This document shows positions 1-11,529 of a stretch of 64,000 nt of DNA, piece after piece (position 1 is the first letter of the stretch; every line of letters begins with the position of its first letter). Location of the stretch: positions 1 through 64,000 of the forward strand of contig NIVC01002022.1 of assembly GCA_002269645.1 (NCBI GenBank), written 5' to 3'. The translations under genes were made by a program, and so were the position numbers. This DNA is from Macrostomum lignano. Its lineage: Eukaryota. A model generated the notes under the pieces. That model had not been told where the DNA came from. It did no database searches and saw only the letters and a list, made by a program, of their open reading frames with translations.

Positions 1-1559
1 TGCAAAGACCTCTTTTCTGCATTTTTAGTGAAAACATTTTTCTTTTTTCTGAGAGCATTAACATGGAAAGCATGCATTATAAAAATTATGTTGTTAATAG
101 ATTTAGTTTACTCTTATAATTGTATATTTTATTTTTTGTTTTTTTCTTAAACAAGAAGATAAATTAAATGTTTTTTAGCAAAAAAGACAATACCAAAATA
201 AAATGACAATTTTTATAATAATCATAGAGCTCAATGGAAGCTAAATGACCTTTTGCATGGCCATGGCATTTTGCAAAGTTGTTATTTACTATAATAATAA
301 ATTGCTAGCTTATCTAGCTATCAGCAGAACCCTATAAATTGTGGTAGGCCTATGCTTAGACCTAGGTAAGCCTAAATAGCAAAACTGATAACTTTTGTCA
401 AAATTTAATTTTTTACTTTTTTATAAAATTTGACAATGAATTAAATGTTTTTTGGCTAAGCAAAAAGCAAATATAGCCTTTATTATTCACTTAGCATAAT
501 TATAGACTATTAGAGGTTGCAAATGTATAATATCTGGGCTAATTGCCTTTTGGAATAAGAACTACAACTAGAATTAGAATAGGCCTAGTTCCTATAAAAT
601 AAATAAATAGTTGAATGCATTTGATATAACAATCTTTAGTGTCATTTGTATGCAATTTTAATTCTAATCTTTAGTGTTAAAGTATCATAGATAAAAAATT
701 ATACTTGCCTCTTCATAGACCTTTATGCAGTCTTATAAAATTCTTATGATATAATCTTTAGAAGACTTTAAATAAAAAGCAAAAAGTTAAAATTCTTTTA
801 TATAATAGTTTTCACTTACTAATTAGACTTTAAACTTGATTTGTTTAATTGATTTGATTATAATAATATTTCTCCTTAAGCCAAATAACCTAGTAACTAA
901 TTCTTATCAAAATATGTTACGAACTTTTTACTTGAAGGTTGTTGCAGCTAATTCAATTGCATGCTATACTCCAAGTTGTCTACTATATATTCTAGGGCAT
1001 ATAGACTATCCAATATAGCAATGCTTTCTAATATGGTTTCTTTCAAAATGTGGAAAGCATATGAAATAGGCCTAGGGATACTTGTAGGCTGGCATTTATA
1101 TGCCCTTGAAAATGAATTGCTCTTTATAGTCTTTGTCCATTATAATCATCTTTGTTAACAACCAACACTTATTTATTACCAAGAGATACAGAGGCATGTT
1201 TAAATTCAATCAATATGTTGAATCTATAATCAGAACTCTAAAAATGCCTTATAGGCTACTTCTGTATCTATATATTGTTATAAAATTTCCTTGATTTCTA
1301 CCTGCTCTTTGCTAAAATATTTGTTAAAATATCCATTAGAGGTCTTAAATTGAATGTCACTCTCCTATCTCTTTTAAGGCCAGTGCACTTTAAAAAGCTG
1401 TTTGTTGCAATCAAGGATGGCCATCAACTGCACTGCTACTTATTATTTTTGTGTAACTTTATTTCATGCAGCAATGCTTAGTAAAGTTCTTGACAAAGAC
1501 CTGTGTATTATAATTATAATCCAAAGCATAGTAGTAGCATACATAAAAATCTAAAATAT

Positions 1560-2300
1560 CAAATTAGGGTTGCATTGATTGCTTCTGGTTTGCACTGACT
1601 ATGCTGCAGGTGTAGAGAGTGGTGCATATGCAGGGGTACATGTGGTACATGAGAAGAGACAGACTTGTTTCTTGCAGTTTCTGCCAGTCAGTGTCATGTA
1701 ACATGGCACTGGCCCAGGGCCAGGCATTACCAGCATTCCAAGCCAACTGGCACAGCAATTGGCTAGCTCCAGCTAGGCACCACAGTTTCCCTTAATCTCT
1801 CCCACTTTGTACCCATGTCCAGCAGTGTCTAGCTTGCTTTTTGGTAATTGCCAATGCCTCCACTAGGTGCCTCCTCTGGCACCTCTGGCACCTTCTCTTT
1901 TGCACTTTGATAAATGCATAATGTGGTATTACCTTAGAGAGGGAATTGTTTTAATCAAGTTATGCAGAATAAACCAACTGTTATCCACATTTCAATGCTA
2001 ACAGTCAGACTTACATCTGGCACCCTTTTGATAAAATATTGCTAAAGAGAGAGTAGAAACAAACAGCCAATAGTATCTTTGCATCCAGTAACCATTCACT
2101 AGCAAAATACCCTGGAAATACAGGTTAATATTTTTAACTATTTACAAGCGTACCTTGTAGATTATAGGCTTAAGAGTAATGGGTTAAATAAAATGTGTAT
2201 TTTACCACATTAATATCTGGATTCCTAAAAGTAGCTTTGCTTATTTAATGTCTTGCTCTTGATTAGTGGTCAATATATTGTAATAATTCTACTAGAATTC
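1560..2300 (-). pseudogene. Decayed multi-exon gene remnant (unidentified), C>T hypermutated
   Basis: Minus-strand GT-AG introns at 2153-2112 (42 nt) and 2014-1978 (37 nt) join one frame: ...NPDINVVKYTFYLTHYS*AYNLQ|GYFASEWLLDAKILLAVCFYSLFSNILSKGCQ|IWFILHNLIKTIPSL. Interrupting stops are TAA/TAG, as expected from C>T change. Protein family not recognised. Confidence 0.4.
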
Positions 2301-3554
2301 AATAAGCATATAAGTATATAACTTCCAAAAAAAAAATCAGTATACAAACAGATTATATCTTATCAAATATTTGCACCAAAAAATGACAAATAAAATATCT
2401 GGCTTACAAAAACTATAGCATTGCCTAGATTTGCCTTTATCCAACCTGATGTTACAATTTAGTGAGAGTACAGCCCGGTTTTGTGAATTTGATCAATCAA
2501 AAATAATGAAAAAAAAGACAATGTTGATTAAAAAGTTTAACCTTTTCTTAATCAAGCATATATCATAAGATATTAAAGCAGTGACAGCTGAGATAGCATC
2601 GGGTATTAAAGTGGCAGTAGGTTCTGGCATCCTTTCTGGCAGTATGGCAGGTTGAGGTTGATCTAATGCCAGATGCCATAAAAGGCTAGTAACTATAAGT
2701 GCTCCAACCTTGAATGGATATCTGCCTTAGCCTTTTCCTTAGTGATAGCTATCTCTGCTGCATATATTGGAATATTTGTGGCAGCAAATGAGTGGCATAA
2801 TTGCATAGCTCCAGATCTTTGTAGTGCCAATGTTTATACATGATGTACACTCCAATGCAATCAAAATAGGTGTTGCTAGACAGTTTTGACCAGGTCAAAG
2901 GTTGTTTGTCAAGAAGCTGTATAATCTAACTAAAACCCAAAATAGAAATGATAATAATTCAATTAAAATTTTATTGAATAAAACATTGATGGTAATGAAG
3001 TGGTTGATACATAAAAATATAAATAGTCAGTCTGCTAGTGCATCATATGTACAAACTTGTTGCTAAGCTTGTTCTTTATTTTGTCCTGCTGCCAGCCATT
3101 GAGTTCACGGCACAGTGTAAATCGATCCATCCTTATTTGAAAGTTTGCACTTTGCACTTTCATTGAGTTCTTTGATTTCAACCTCTTGAAAGGTCAATAT
3201 CTTGAAAGGTGTCCCTGGGTATTGCATCATGTGTACTTGTCTGCTATTGTGTTGGCTGTACCAATTTGGATGTAATACCCAGCAGTGCTGATTTTATCAG
3301 CTTGTCCATGCAACTGTCATTACTACCTCCTTTGGTTTGTAACTTTGACGGGCTTCCAGGCATCTTTACAGCAACTGCGTGCAAATTAAAGCAATAATTG
3401 AATTTTCCCACTTTGGAAACAACTTGTGAAAATATAAAAATAGCAATAATTTTTTTCAATTTAAATTGTATGTGAAATCAATTATTTAATTGGTTAATCT
3501 TAACGAAATTGCATGAGCTCTGTGTAATTTCTACAGTTGGTTAATTATTAAAAC

Positions 3555-3851
3555 ATGCAAAGATTAGCACTATGCTTAGCTCGGCAGTTGACAGTTGGTG
3601 CTTCAATTTGTCAACGACAACCAATTCGTCAGCTGTCTCTAATGGACTTCTTTGGTAACAGTCAGGACTGGGGTGTCAGTGCTGTACTGGTTGGCCGGCC
3701 TTATCGAATTGAGGAGCTTCGATTGAAAAGTTCAACCGATTTGCACAAACTCTGGTGGCTGTTAATTAAAGAGCGTAACGCTTTGATGACGCTGGAGGAA
3801 GAGCACTACAGGTGTGGAGAAGCTTTTCCCAATCCTGAGCGGCTGGAAAAG
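3555..3851 (+). CDS. MRPL47: 39S mitochondrial ribosomal protein L47 (uL29m), coding exon 1
   Basis: ORF contains GRPYRIEELRLKSSTDLHKLWWLLIKERNALMTLEEE...FPNPERLEK, the MRP-L47 signature. Phase-0 donor AAG|gtgtgg at 3851/3852. Confidence 0.93.
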
Positions 3852-3929
3852 GTGTGGTTTTGATGCTAACTTCATCTGATTCTTGTTGGCCTTTAATCTT
3901 TTGTCAGTGTGGGTGGTTTTTCAGTAAGG

Positions 3930-6900
3930 TGCCCTGGATTCTCCAATGTCCTGGATTCTTCAGTATGAATTCTCTAATGTCCTGGATTCTTTAGTAGGGT
4001 GTCCTGGATTCTTCATTGAGGGTGTCCTGGATTCTTCATTGAGGGTGTCCTGGATTCTTCATTGAGGGTGTCCTGGATTCTTCATTGAGGGTGTCCTGGA
4101 TTCTTCATTGAGGGTGTCCTGGATTCTTCATTGAGGGTGTCCTGGATTCTTCATTGAGGGTGTCCTGGATTCTTCATTGAGGGTGTCCTGGATTCTTCTG
4201 TATGGTGTCCTGGATTCTTCATTGAGGGTGTCCTGGATTCTTCATTGAGGGTGTCCTGGATTCTTCATTGAGGGTGTCCTGGATTCTTCATTGAGAGTGT
4301 CCTGGATTCTTCATTGAGGGTGTCCTGGATTCTTCATTGAGAGTGTCCTGGATTCTTCATTGAGGGTGTCCTGGATTCTTCATTGAGAGTGTCCTGGATT
4401 CTTCATTGAGGGTGTCCTGGATTCTTCAGTTGGGTGTCCTGGATTCTTCAGTTGGGTGTCCTGGATTCTTCATTGAGGGTGTCCTGGATTCTTCATTGAG
4501 GGTGTCCTGGATTCTTCATTGAGGGTGGCCTGGATTCTTCATTGAGGCTGGCCTGGATTCTTCATTGAGACTGGCCTGGATTCTTCATTGAGACTGGCCT
4601 GGATTCTTCATTGAGGCTGGCCTGGATTCTTCATTGAGACTGGCCTGGATTCTTCATTGAGGGTGTCCTGGATTCTTCATTGAGGGTGTCCTGGATTCTT
4701 CATTGAGGGTGTCCTGGATTCTTCATTGAGGGTGTCCTGGATTCTTCATTGAGGGTGTCCTGGATTCTTCATTGAGAGTGTCCTGGATTCTTCATTGAGG
4801 GTGTCCTGGATTCTTCAGTTGGGTGTCCTGGATTCTTCATTGAGGGTGTCCTGGATTCTTCATTGAGGGTGTCCTGGATTCTTCATTGAGAGTGTCCTGG
4901 ATTCTTCATTGAGGGTGTCCTGGATTCTTCATTGAGGGTGTCCTGGATTCTTCATTGAGGGTGTCCTGGATTCTTCATTGAGGGTGTCCTGGATTCTTCA
5001 TTGAGGGTGTCCTGGATTCTTCATTGAGGGTGTCCTGGATTCTTCATTGAGGGTGTCCTGGATTCTTCATTGAGGGTGTCCTGGATTCTTCATTGAGGGT
5101 GTCCTGGATTATTCATTGAGGGTGTCCTGGATTCTTCATTGAGGGTGTCCTGGATTCTTCATTGAGGGTGTCCTGGATTCTTCATTGAGGGTGTCCTGGA
5201 TTCTTCATTGAGGGTGTCCTGGATTCTTCATTGAGGGTGTCCTGGATTCTTCATTGAGGGTGTCCTGGATTCTTCATTGAGGGTGTCCTGGATTCTTCAT
5301 TGAGGGTGTCCTGGATTCTTCATTGAGGGTGTCCTGGATTCTTCATTGAGGGTGTCCTGGATTCTTCTGTATGGTGTCCTGGATTCTTCATTGAGGGTGT
5401 CCTGGATTCTTCATTGAGGGTGTCCTGGATTCTTCATTGAGGGTGTCCTGGATTCTTCATTGAGAGTGTCCTGGATTCTTCATTGAGGGTGTCCTGGATT
5501 CTTCATTGAGAGTGTCCTGGATTCTTCATTGAGGGTGTCCTGGATTCTTCATTGAGAGTGTCCTGGATTCTTCATTGAGGGTGTCCTGGATTCTTCAGTT
5601 GGGTGTCCTGGATTCTTCAGTTGGGTGTCCTGGATTCTTCATTGAGGGTGTCCTGGATTCTTCATTGAGGGTGTCCTGGATTCTTCATTGAGGGTGGCCT
5701 GGATTCTTCATTGAGGCTGGCCTGGATTCTTCATTGAGACTGGCCTGGATTCTTCATTGAGACTGGCCTGGATTCTTCATTGAGGCTGGCCTGGATTCTT
5801 CATTGAGACTGGCCTGGATTCTTCATTGAGGGTGTCCTGGATTCTTCATTGAGGGTGTCCTGGATTCTTCATTGAGGGTGTCCTGGATTCTTCATTGAGG
5901 GTGTCCTGGATTCTTCATTGAGGGTGTCCTGGATTCTTCATTGAGAGTGTCCTGGATTCTTCATTGAGGGTGTCCTGGATTCTTCAGTTGGGTGTCCTGG
6001 ATTCTTCATTGAGGGTGTCCTGGATTCTTCATTGAGGGTGTCCTGGATTCTTCATGAGAGTGTCCTGGATTCTTCATTGAGGGTGTCCTGGATTCTTCAT
6101 TGAGGGTGTCCTGGATTCTTCATTGAGGGTGTCCTGGATTCTTCATTGAGGGTGTCCTGGATTCTTCATTGAGGGTGTCCTGGATTCTTCATTGAGGGTG
6201 TCCTGGATTCTTCATTGAGGGTGTCCTGGATTCTTCATTGAGGGTGTCCTGGATTCTTCATTGAGGGTGTCCTGGATTATTCATTGAGGGTGTCCTGGAT
6301 TCTTCATTGAGGGTGTCCTGGATTCTTCATTGAGGGTGTCCTGGATTCTTCATTGAGGGTGTCCTGGATTCTTCATTGAGGGTGTCCTGGATTCTTCATT
6401 GAGGGTGTCCTGGATTCTTCATTGAGGGTGTCCTGGATTCTTCATTGAGGGTGTCCTGGATTCTTCATTGAGGGTGTCCTGGATTCTTCATTGAGGGTGT
6501 CCTGGATTCTTCATTGAGGGTGTCCTGGATTCTTCATTGAGGGTGTCCTGGATTCTTCATTGAGGGTGTCCTGGATTCTTCATTGAGGGTGTCCTGGATT
6601 CTTCATTGAGGGTGTCCTGGATTCTTCATTGAGGGTGTCCTGGATTCTTCATTGAGGGTGTCCTGGATTCTTCATTGAGGGTGTCCTGGATTCTTCATTG
6701 AGGGTGTCCTGGATTCTTCATTGAGGGTGTCCTGGATTCTTCATTGAGGGTGTCCTGGATTCTTCATTGAGGGTGTCCTGGATTCTTCATTGAGGGTGTC
6801 CTGGATTCTTCATTGAGGGTGTCCTGGATTCTTCATTGAGGGTGTCCTGGATTCTTCATTGAGGGTGTCCTGGATTCTTCTGTATGGTGTCCTGGATTCT

Positions 6901-7090
6901 TCATTGAGGGTGTCCTGGATTCTTCATTGAGGGTGTCCTGGATTCTTCATTGAGGGTGTCCTGGATTCTTCATTGAGGGTGTCCTGGATTCTTCATTGAG
7001 GGTGTCCTGGATTCTTCATTGAGGGTGTCCTGGATTCTTCATTGAGGGTGTCCTGGATTCTTCATTGAGGGTGTCCTGGATTCTTCATTG
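3930..7090 (+). repeat. 23-bp minisatellite (GTGTCCTGGATTCTTCATTGAGG)n filling the MRPL47 intron
   Basis: About 135-140 direct tandem copies with variant monomers (CTGTATGG, CAGTTGGG, GAGACTGG). Confidence 0.98.
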
Positions 7091-7178
7091 AAGCGTCTGC
7101 TGTAACTCTAACTCCCTTAATAGGAAGTTACAATGCAAAAATTACTATATTTTCACCCGGTCACCCAAACTCACCCAG

Positions 7179-7528
7179 GTGGAAGAGTCAATGGAGAACA
7201 TCCTACTAACAGTAGAGGAGCGAAATCGCGCAGTTAACGAACTGGAACGCGGCCATTCGCCGGCCCAGAAGTGGTGGAAGACGTCGATCAGCTGTTTAGG
7301 CCGACAGTGAAGGTCACCCGAGAGTACGCAGTGCCCCGTCACGCCAATCCCGAGTTTCGTCATCGAGATAAGCCTGATCAATTCTTCTCAAGCAGAAATT
7401 TGGCCCTACTTCAGGCTGAACGAGAGACTAAAATTCGAAGCCAGGTGCACGAGGAACGCGAGGCGAGATTAGCCGAGAATGAGGCCGCCTATCAGGATAT
7501 GCTGTTCAAAGAGGATAACTATAATTAG
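7179..7528 (+). CDS. MRPL47: MRPL47 coding exon 2 (1-nt frameshift near 7260)
   Basis: Acceptor cacccag|GTG at 7178/7179 continues exon 1 as VEESMENILLTVEERNRAVNELERGHS, the conserved L47 continuation. The rest (EVVEDVDQLFRPTVKVTREYAVP...stop 7528) lies in the -1 frame. Confidence 0.85.
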
Positions 7529-7616
7529 ATTTTTTATTACTATTACAATCTGAGTGTCCTAATTAGCATTTTTATTAATCCATTTGTGTTTCATTGTTCT
7601 ATGGTTTATTGGTCAT

Positions 7617-8140
7617 GAATTCTACTCCCCAGATCCTGAGTTCTACTCCCTAGATCCTGAGTTCTACTCCTCAGATCCTGAGTTCTACTCCCTAGATCCT
7701 GAGTTCTACTCCTCAGATCCTGAGTTCTACTCCTCAAATCCTGAGTTCTACCCCCCAGATCCTGAGTTCTACTCCCTAGATCCTGAGTTCTACTCCCTAG
7801 ATCCTGAGTTCTACCCCCCCCTCAGATCCAGAGTTCTACTCCCTAGATCCTGAGTTCTACTCCTCAAATCCTGAGTTCTACTCCTCAGATCCTGAGTTCT
7901 ACCCCCCAGATCCTGAGTTCTACTCCTCAGATCCTGAGTTCTACCCCCCAGATCCTGAGTTCTACTCCTCAGATCCTGAGTTCTACTCCTCAGATCCTGA
8001 GTTCTACCCCCCAGATCCTGAGTTCTACTCCTCAGATCCTGAGTTCTACCCCCCAGATCCTGAGTTCTACTCCTCAGATCCTGAGTTCTACTCTCTAGAT
8101 CCTGAGTTCTACTCCTCATGTTCTAAGTTCTACTCCCCAC
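7617..8140 (+). repeat. 21-bp minisatellite (AGATCCTGAGTTCTACTCCTC)n
   Basis: About 24 tandem copies. Explains the spurious DPEFYSL ORFs. Confidence 0.95.
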
Positions 8141-8459
8141 ATCTTAAGCTCTTCGACTTTCTAGAGTACATCAGAAAGTACCATAATTTCGATAGACTTA
8201 GCTAAAATCTTAGCGCTGCTTTTTTTGCTAGTTTGAAATGCGGTTTCTATTACAGGGCCATTTTGATGCTGCTCTTTAAGTTAACATCAAGTAGCTTCGA
8301 ACTTGTTGGCAATGCAATCTTGCTGGTAGTTTTGTTGCTAATAAAGAAATATTGTTAACGCCTAGGTTGTAGGCACTATCGTGTCAAAGATGACTTTGAT
8401 TTCTTATATTTAATTGTGTTCAACCAGCTGTTTATTGAGATGCTTTAAGTAGACATTCA

Positions 8460-8570
8460 GCCTCTCAGATCCTCAATTGCTAGGCCAGCCTTCCAGATCC
8501 TCAGTTGCTGGGCCAGCCTCCCAGATCCTCAATTGCTAGGCCAGTCTCCCAGATCCTCAGTTGCTAGGCC
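8460..8570 (+). repeat. Short array of the 28-bp CCAGATCCTCAGTTGCTGGGCCAGCCTC satellite
   Basis: About 4 copies, same monomer as 13770-14390. Confidence 0.85.
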
Positions 8571-8724
8571 ACCGTTTAATGTACTTTTCCATTTTCAGTT
8601 AGCTGGGTATCTTGATTTAACCAAAAAAATCCAATTTGAAGAAAATCTCTTTTTTTCTACTTACTAAGTAGGCGAATAAGGACATGAATTGATTTATTTA
8701 ATATCCGCATGCGCAGCAATTAGA

Positions 8725-9042
8725 ATGGCTCCAGCCTATGAGATCTGCGTCGGCCTAAAGAAGGGCCACCGTGTAACGACCAACGCGCCTCGCGAGAAGC
8801 CCGCAAACAGGCGCGGAAAATCCACAAAGAATAACAAATTCGTTCGCTCGGTTATTCGCGAAATTGTTGGCTACGCGCCCTACGAGCGTCGAATTGTTGA
8901 ATTGTTGAAGATCTCCAAGGATAAGCGCGCGTTGAAGTTTGCTAAGCGCCGTCTCGGCTCGCATCTGCGCGCCAAGAGGAAGCGCGAAGAGATGGTCCGC
9001 GTGGTGCAGGCCCAGCACCGCAAGAAGGAGACCAAGGAGTGA
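8725..9042 (+). CDS. RPL36: 60S ribosomal protein L36 (eL36), intronless CDS, 105 aa
   Basis: [18 protein letters not shown]...[51 protein letters not shown] is the eL36 signature. ATG at 8725. Confidence 0.97.
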   Translation: MAPAYEICVGLKKGHRVTTNAPREKPANRRGKSTKNNKFVRSVIREIVGYAPYERRIVELLKISKDKRALKFAKRRLGSHLRAKRKREEMVRVVQAQHRKKETKE

Positions 9043-9384
9043 CAATATATTGTGTAGTTAAGCTATGGCAGACTAGCTGATCGAGTGCGAAATTCTGTTG
9101 GAAGTAAATAATAATTGAAGCTGTGTTAGTTGACAATTTTTTTGCAATGAAAAAAATCAACTGACCCATTGTCTTGTTGATTGGTTGGAGAAATGTTGAT
9201 TAACATTTTTGCTTGGTTTTTTTCTTTTTTTACTTCTCTTTTCTGTTTCTTTCTGTAATATCTTAGTAGATTTTAGGCGTTAGGTAACTTCAAGCTCGGT
9301 AAGGGTTATTCAACGAGTTCAGGTTTTCCGGGCACAGATAATGTCAGATGTTTTCCCCGTCAAGGTTTTCTTGTTGAGTTTCCC

Positions 9385-9870
9385 CATCGATTTTTCCCTC
9401 CCAAGGTCACCTGTCCAGTTTTCCACCCCAAGTCACCCATGGAGTTTTCCACCTCGAGGTCACCCGTCGAGTCCTTCCCAAGGTCACCCATGGAGTTTTC
9501 CACCTCTAGGTCACCCGTCGAGTATTCCTTCAAGGTCACCCATGGAGTTTTCCACCTCGAGGTCACCCGTCGAGTCCTTCCCAAGGTCACCCATGGAGTT
9601 TTCCACCTCGAGGTCACCCGTCGAGTCCTTCCCAAGGTCACCCATGGAGCTTTCCACCTCGAGGTCACCCGTCGAGTCCTTCCCAAGGTCACCCATGGAG
9701 TTTTCCACCTCGAGGTCACCCGTCGAGTCCTTCCCAAGGTCACCCATGGAGCTTTCCACCTCGAGGTCACCCGTCGAGTATTCCTTCAAGGTCACCCATG
9801 GAGTTTTCCACCTCGAGGTCACCCGTCGAGTATTCCTTCCCAAGGTCAACACGTCGAGTTTTCCCCACCG
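9385..9870 (+). repeat. 51-bp minisatellite (two related 25-26 bp halves, each ending AGGTCAC)
   Basis: CCATGGAGTTTTCCACCTCGAGGTCACCCGTCGAGTCCTTCCCAAGGTCAC repeated about 9 times. Explains the RSPMEFST ORFs. Confidence 0.93.
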
Positions 9871-10254
9871 AGATATCAGCCTCCTCTGTGACAATTCCAC
9901 TAACAATCAGTATCAAGTGTCTGCAGAATTGAAGTTCTTCGGCCAGAATACTTGGTTTGAATTTCTCTATTTGATTGTCTTTTAACCATAGAGAAGTGCC
10001 CGATTGGGCTTTTTTATGGCCGAGTACAGTTCTGTGGCAGCAAATAAGGATTCTTCACTTATCAAACCATCCAATTGAGTGACAATGTCTAGTACGTAAG
10101 AGAATTAGCTCGTAATCTCACACAGTACAGTTCATACTGTACTTTAATTTTTGCTGCTTCCTTTCTAGATGTATTTTTAGCTCTCTTAGACTTGATTGAT
10201 TAAAGTGAACACTGAAAAGCTGAATCTGGAGTATAGAATTCTGAGGTTTATTAG

Positions 10255-10895
10255 AGGTACGTTGTCACAACCGACGAGAGGCATTGCTGCCCATTCCGCC
10301 GACTCCCCTGAGCAGGCACACAAGCGCGCGGATACGTACGCAGTAATATGGGGTCGCTTTCATAAGACCGAAATTTCAAAACGCCAAAAACTCAAAATGC
10401 AGGGCCCCTCACAAGACCAAAACTTCATAAGACCGAAGTTTCACAACGACGAAAACTCAAAATGCAGGGCCCTTCACAAGACCGAAAACTCAAAATGCAA
10501 AATGAACAATCAATTTCACTACTCACTGTTCACAAAAAGTTGAATGCTTCGTTCCTGCTTGCTTCTGACGTAACAAATTTTATAATGACCAAGAACATTT
10601 ACATGCCAGCTCCATTATGAAGTTTCGGTCTTGTGAAGGGCCCTGCTTTTTGGTTTTTGGCGTTGTGAAATTTCGGTCTTATGAACCCCCCCCGTCATAC
10701 GCGCAGGCACACACTCACACAGGAGTACATGTACATTTCACTGTGCCTTGGGATTGTCCCCCGACCTCAAGGCCGTTAATTGCACGAGCAGAGCGAAGCC
10801 AAGATTCAAATTTAGCTCAAAATTATTGTGACTGCACTTGGAATCGAGCCTGGGCCGCTGGCACATAAGATTGTCGCGCTAGACCAGTAGGCTAC
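10255..10895 (-). mobile_element. tRNA-derived SINE interrupted by a MITE
   Basis: Minus strand begins GTAGCCTACTGGTCTAGCGCG...GGCTCGATTCC (A/B-box-like). Body matches 49893-50190, which lacks the 10350-10693 insertion. Confidence 0.7.
10350..10693. mobile_element. MITE with long imperfect terminal inverted repeats
   Basis: Left end GGGGTCGCTTTCATAAGACCGAAATTTCAAAACGCCAAAAA is inverse to right end TTTTTGGCGTTGTGAAATTTCGGTCTTATGAACCCC. Internal sub-repeats CACAAGACC..CTCAAAATGCAGGGCCC. Empty site (CGCAGT|CATACG) seen in the SINE copy at about 50.1 kb. Confidence 0.8.
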
Positions 10896-10954
10896 TATAA
10901 AACCATAAAACCAATATTTCAGGTGCCAGTCTATCATAATACATATCAAACACA

Positions 10955-11423
10955 ATGGCAAATCCAGCTAACAGTGCATCCAGCAGGATGCCCATTGCCA
11001 GTCGGGATCATCAGTTTGCCATACCAATTCGAATTGTGTACGTCAACTCGTTGAATAATTTTCATTTCATTTTGGAGGAAGACTACGCCAAATTGAACGA
11101 ATTAATGTCGGCTATGTACCAATTCTACTCGTCACCCAACAGTGCCAGTGTAGTTTGTACATCCAAACTCAAACTCGGCAGTCTGTACTCTCTATACGCC
11201 TATAATGAATGGTATCGAGCCCGGCTGTTGTCCGTTGACCAGCAGCAGCCAATACCCGACCAACAGGTGGTGGGCAGTATGCAGTTTGAACTGATCGATT
11301 TCGGAGAACTTATCGCTGTGCCGTGTATGGAGCTGCATCGAGTGGCCAGGCTGCTTGTGAGATTTGCCGAGATGAAACCGGCCGCTCTTCTGGGCAGGTT
11401 GGCCAGCGTCTATCCTAAGCCTG
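10955..11423 (+). CDS. Extended Tudor-domain protein (TDRD-like), coding exon 1
   Basis: IRIVYVNSLNNFHF...LYAYNEWYRARLL...FELIDFGE...ALLGRLASVYP is an extended Tudor (Tudor + SN) pattern. Phase-1 donor CCTG|gtgggt at 11423/11424. Confidence 0.8.
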
Positions 11424-11529
11424 GTGGGTTGGTTTGTTCCTGATTCATCTGCTTATATCTTTATGTAAATCAGGCAGTTATTGGGTATGGCTGTCATTAA
11501 GCACTGTCACTCTATGTATACCCTTCACT

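Noticed and set aside
3020-3230. Weak resemblance of minus-strand FKILTFQ...IYTV.E..G to viral superfamily-1 helicase motifs (endogenous viral element)
   Set aside because: Needs frameshifts to assemble, has no Walker A/B nearby, and lies in hypermutated DNA. Too weak without a profile search.
3930-7090. CRISPR-like appearance of this and the other 18-30 bp arrays
   Set aside because: Monomers are head-to-tail with no unique spacers, there are no cas genes, and the context is eukaryotic.
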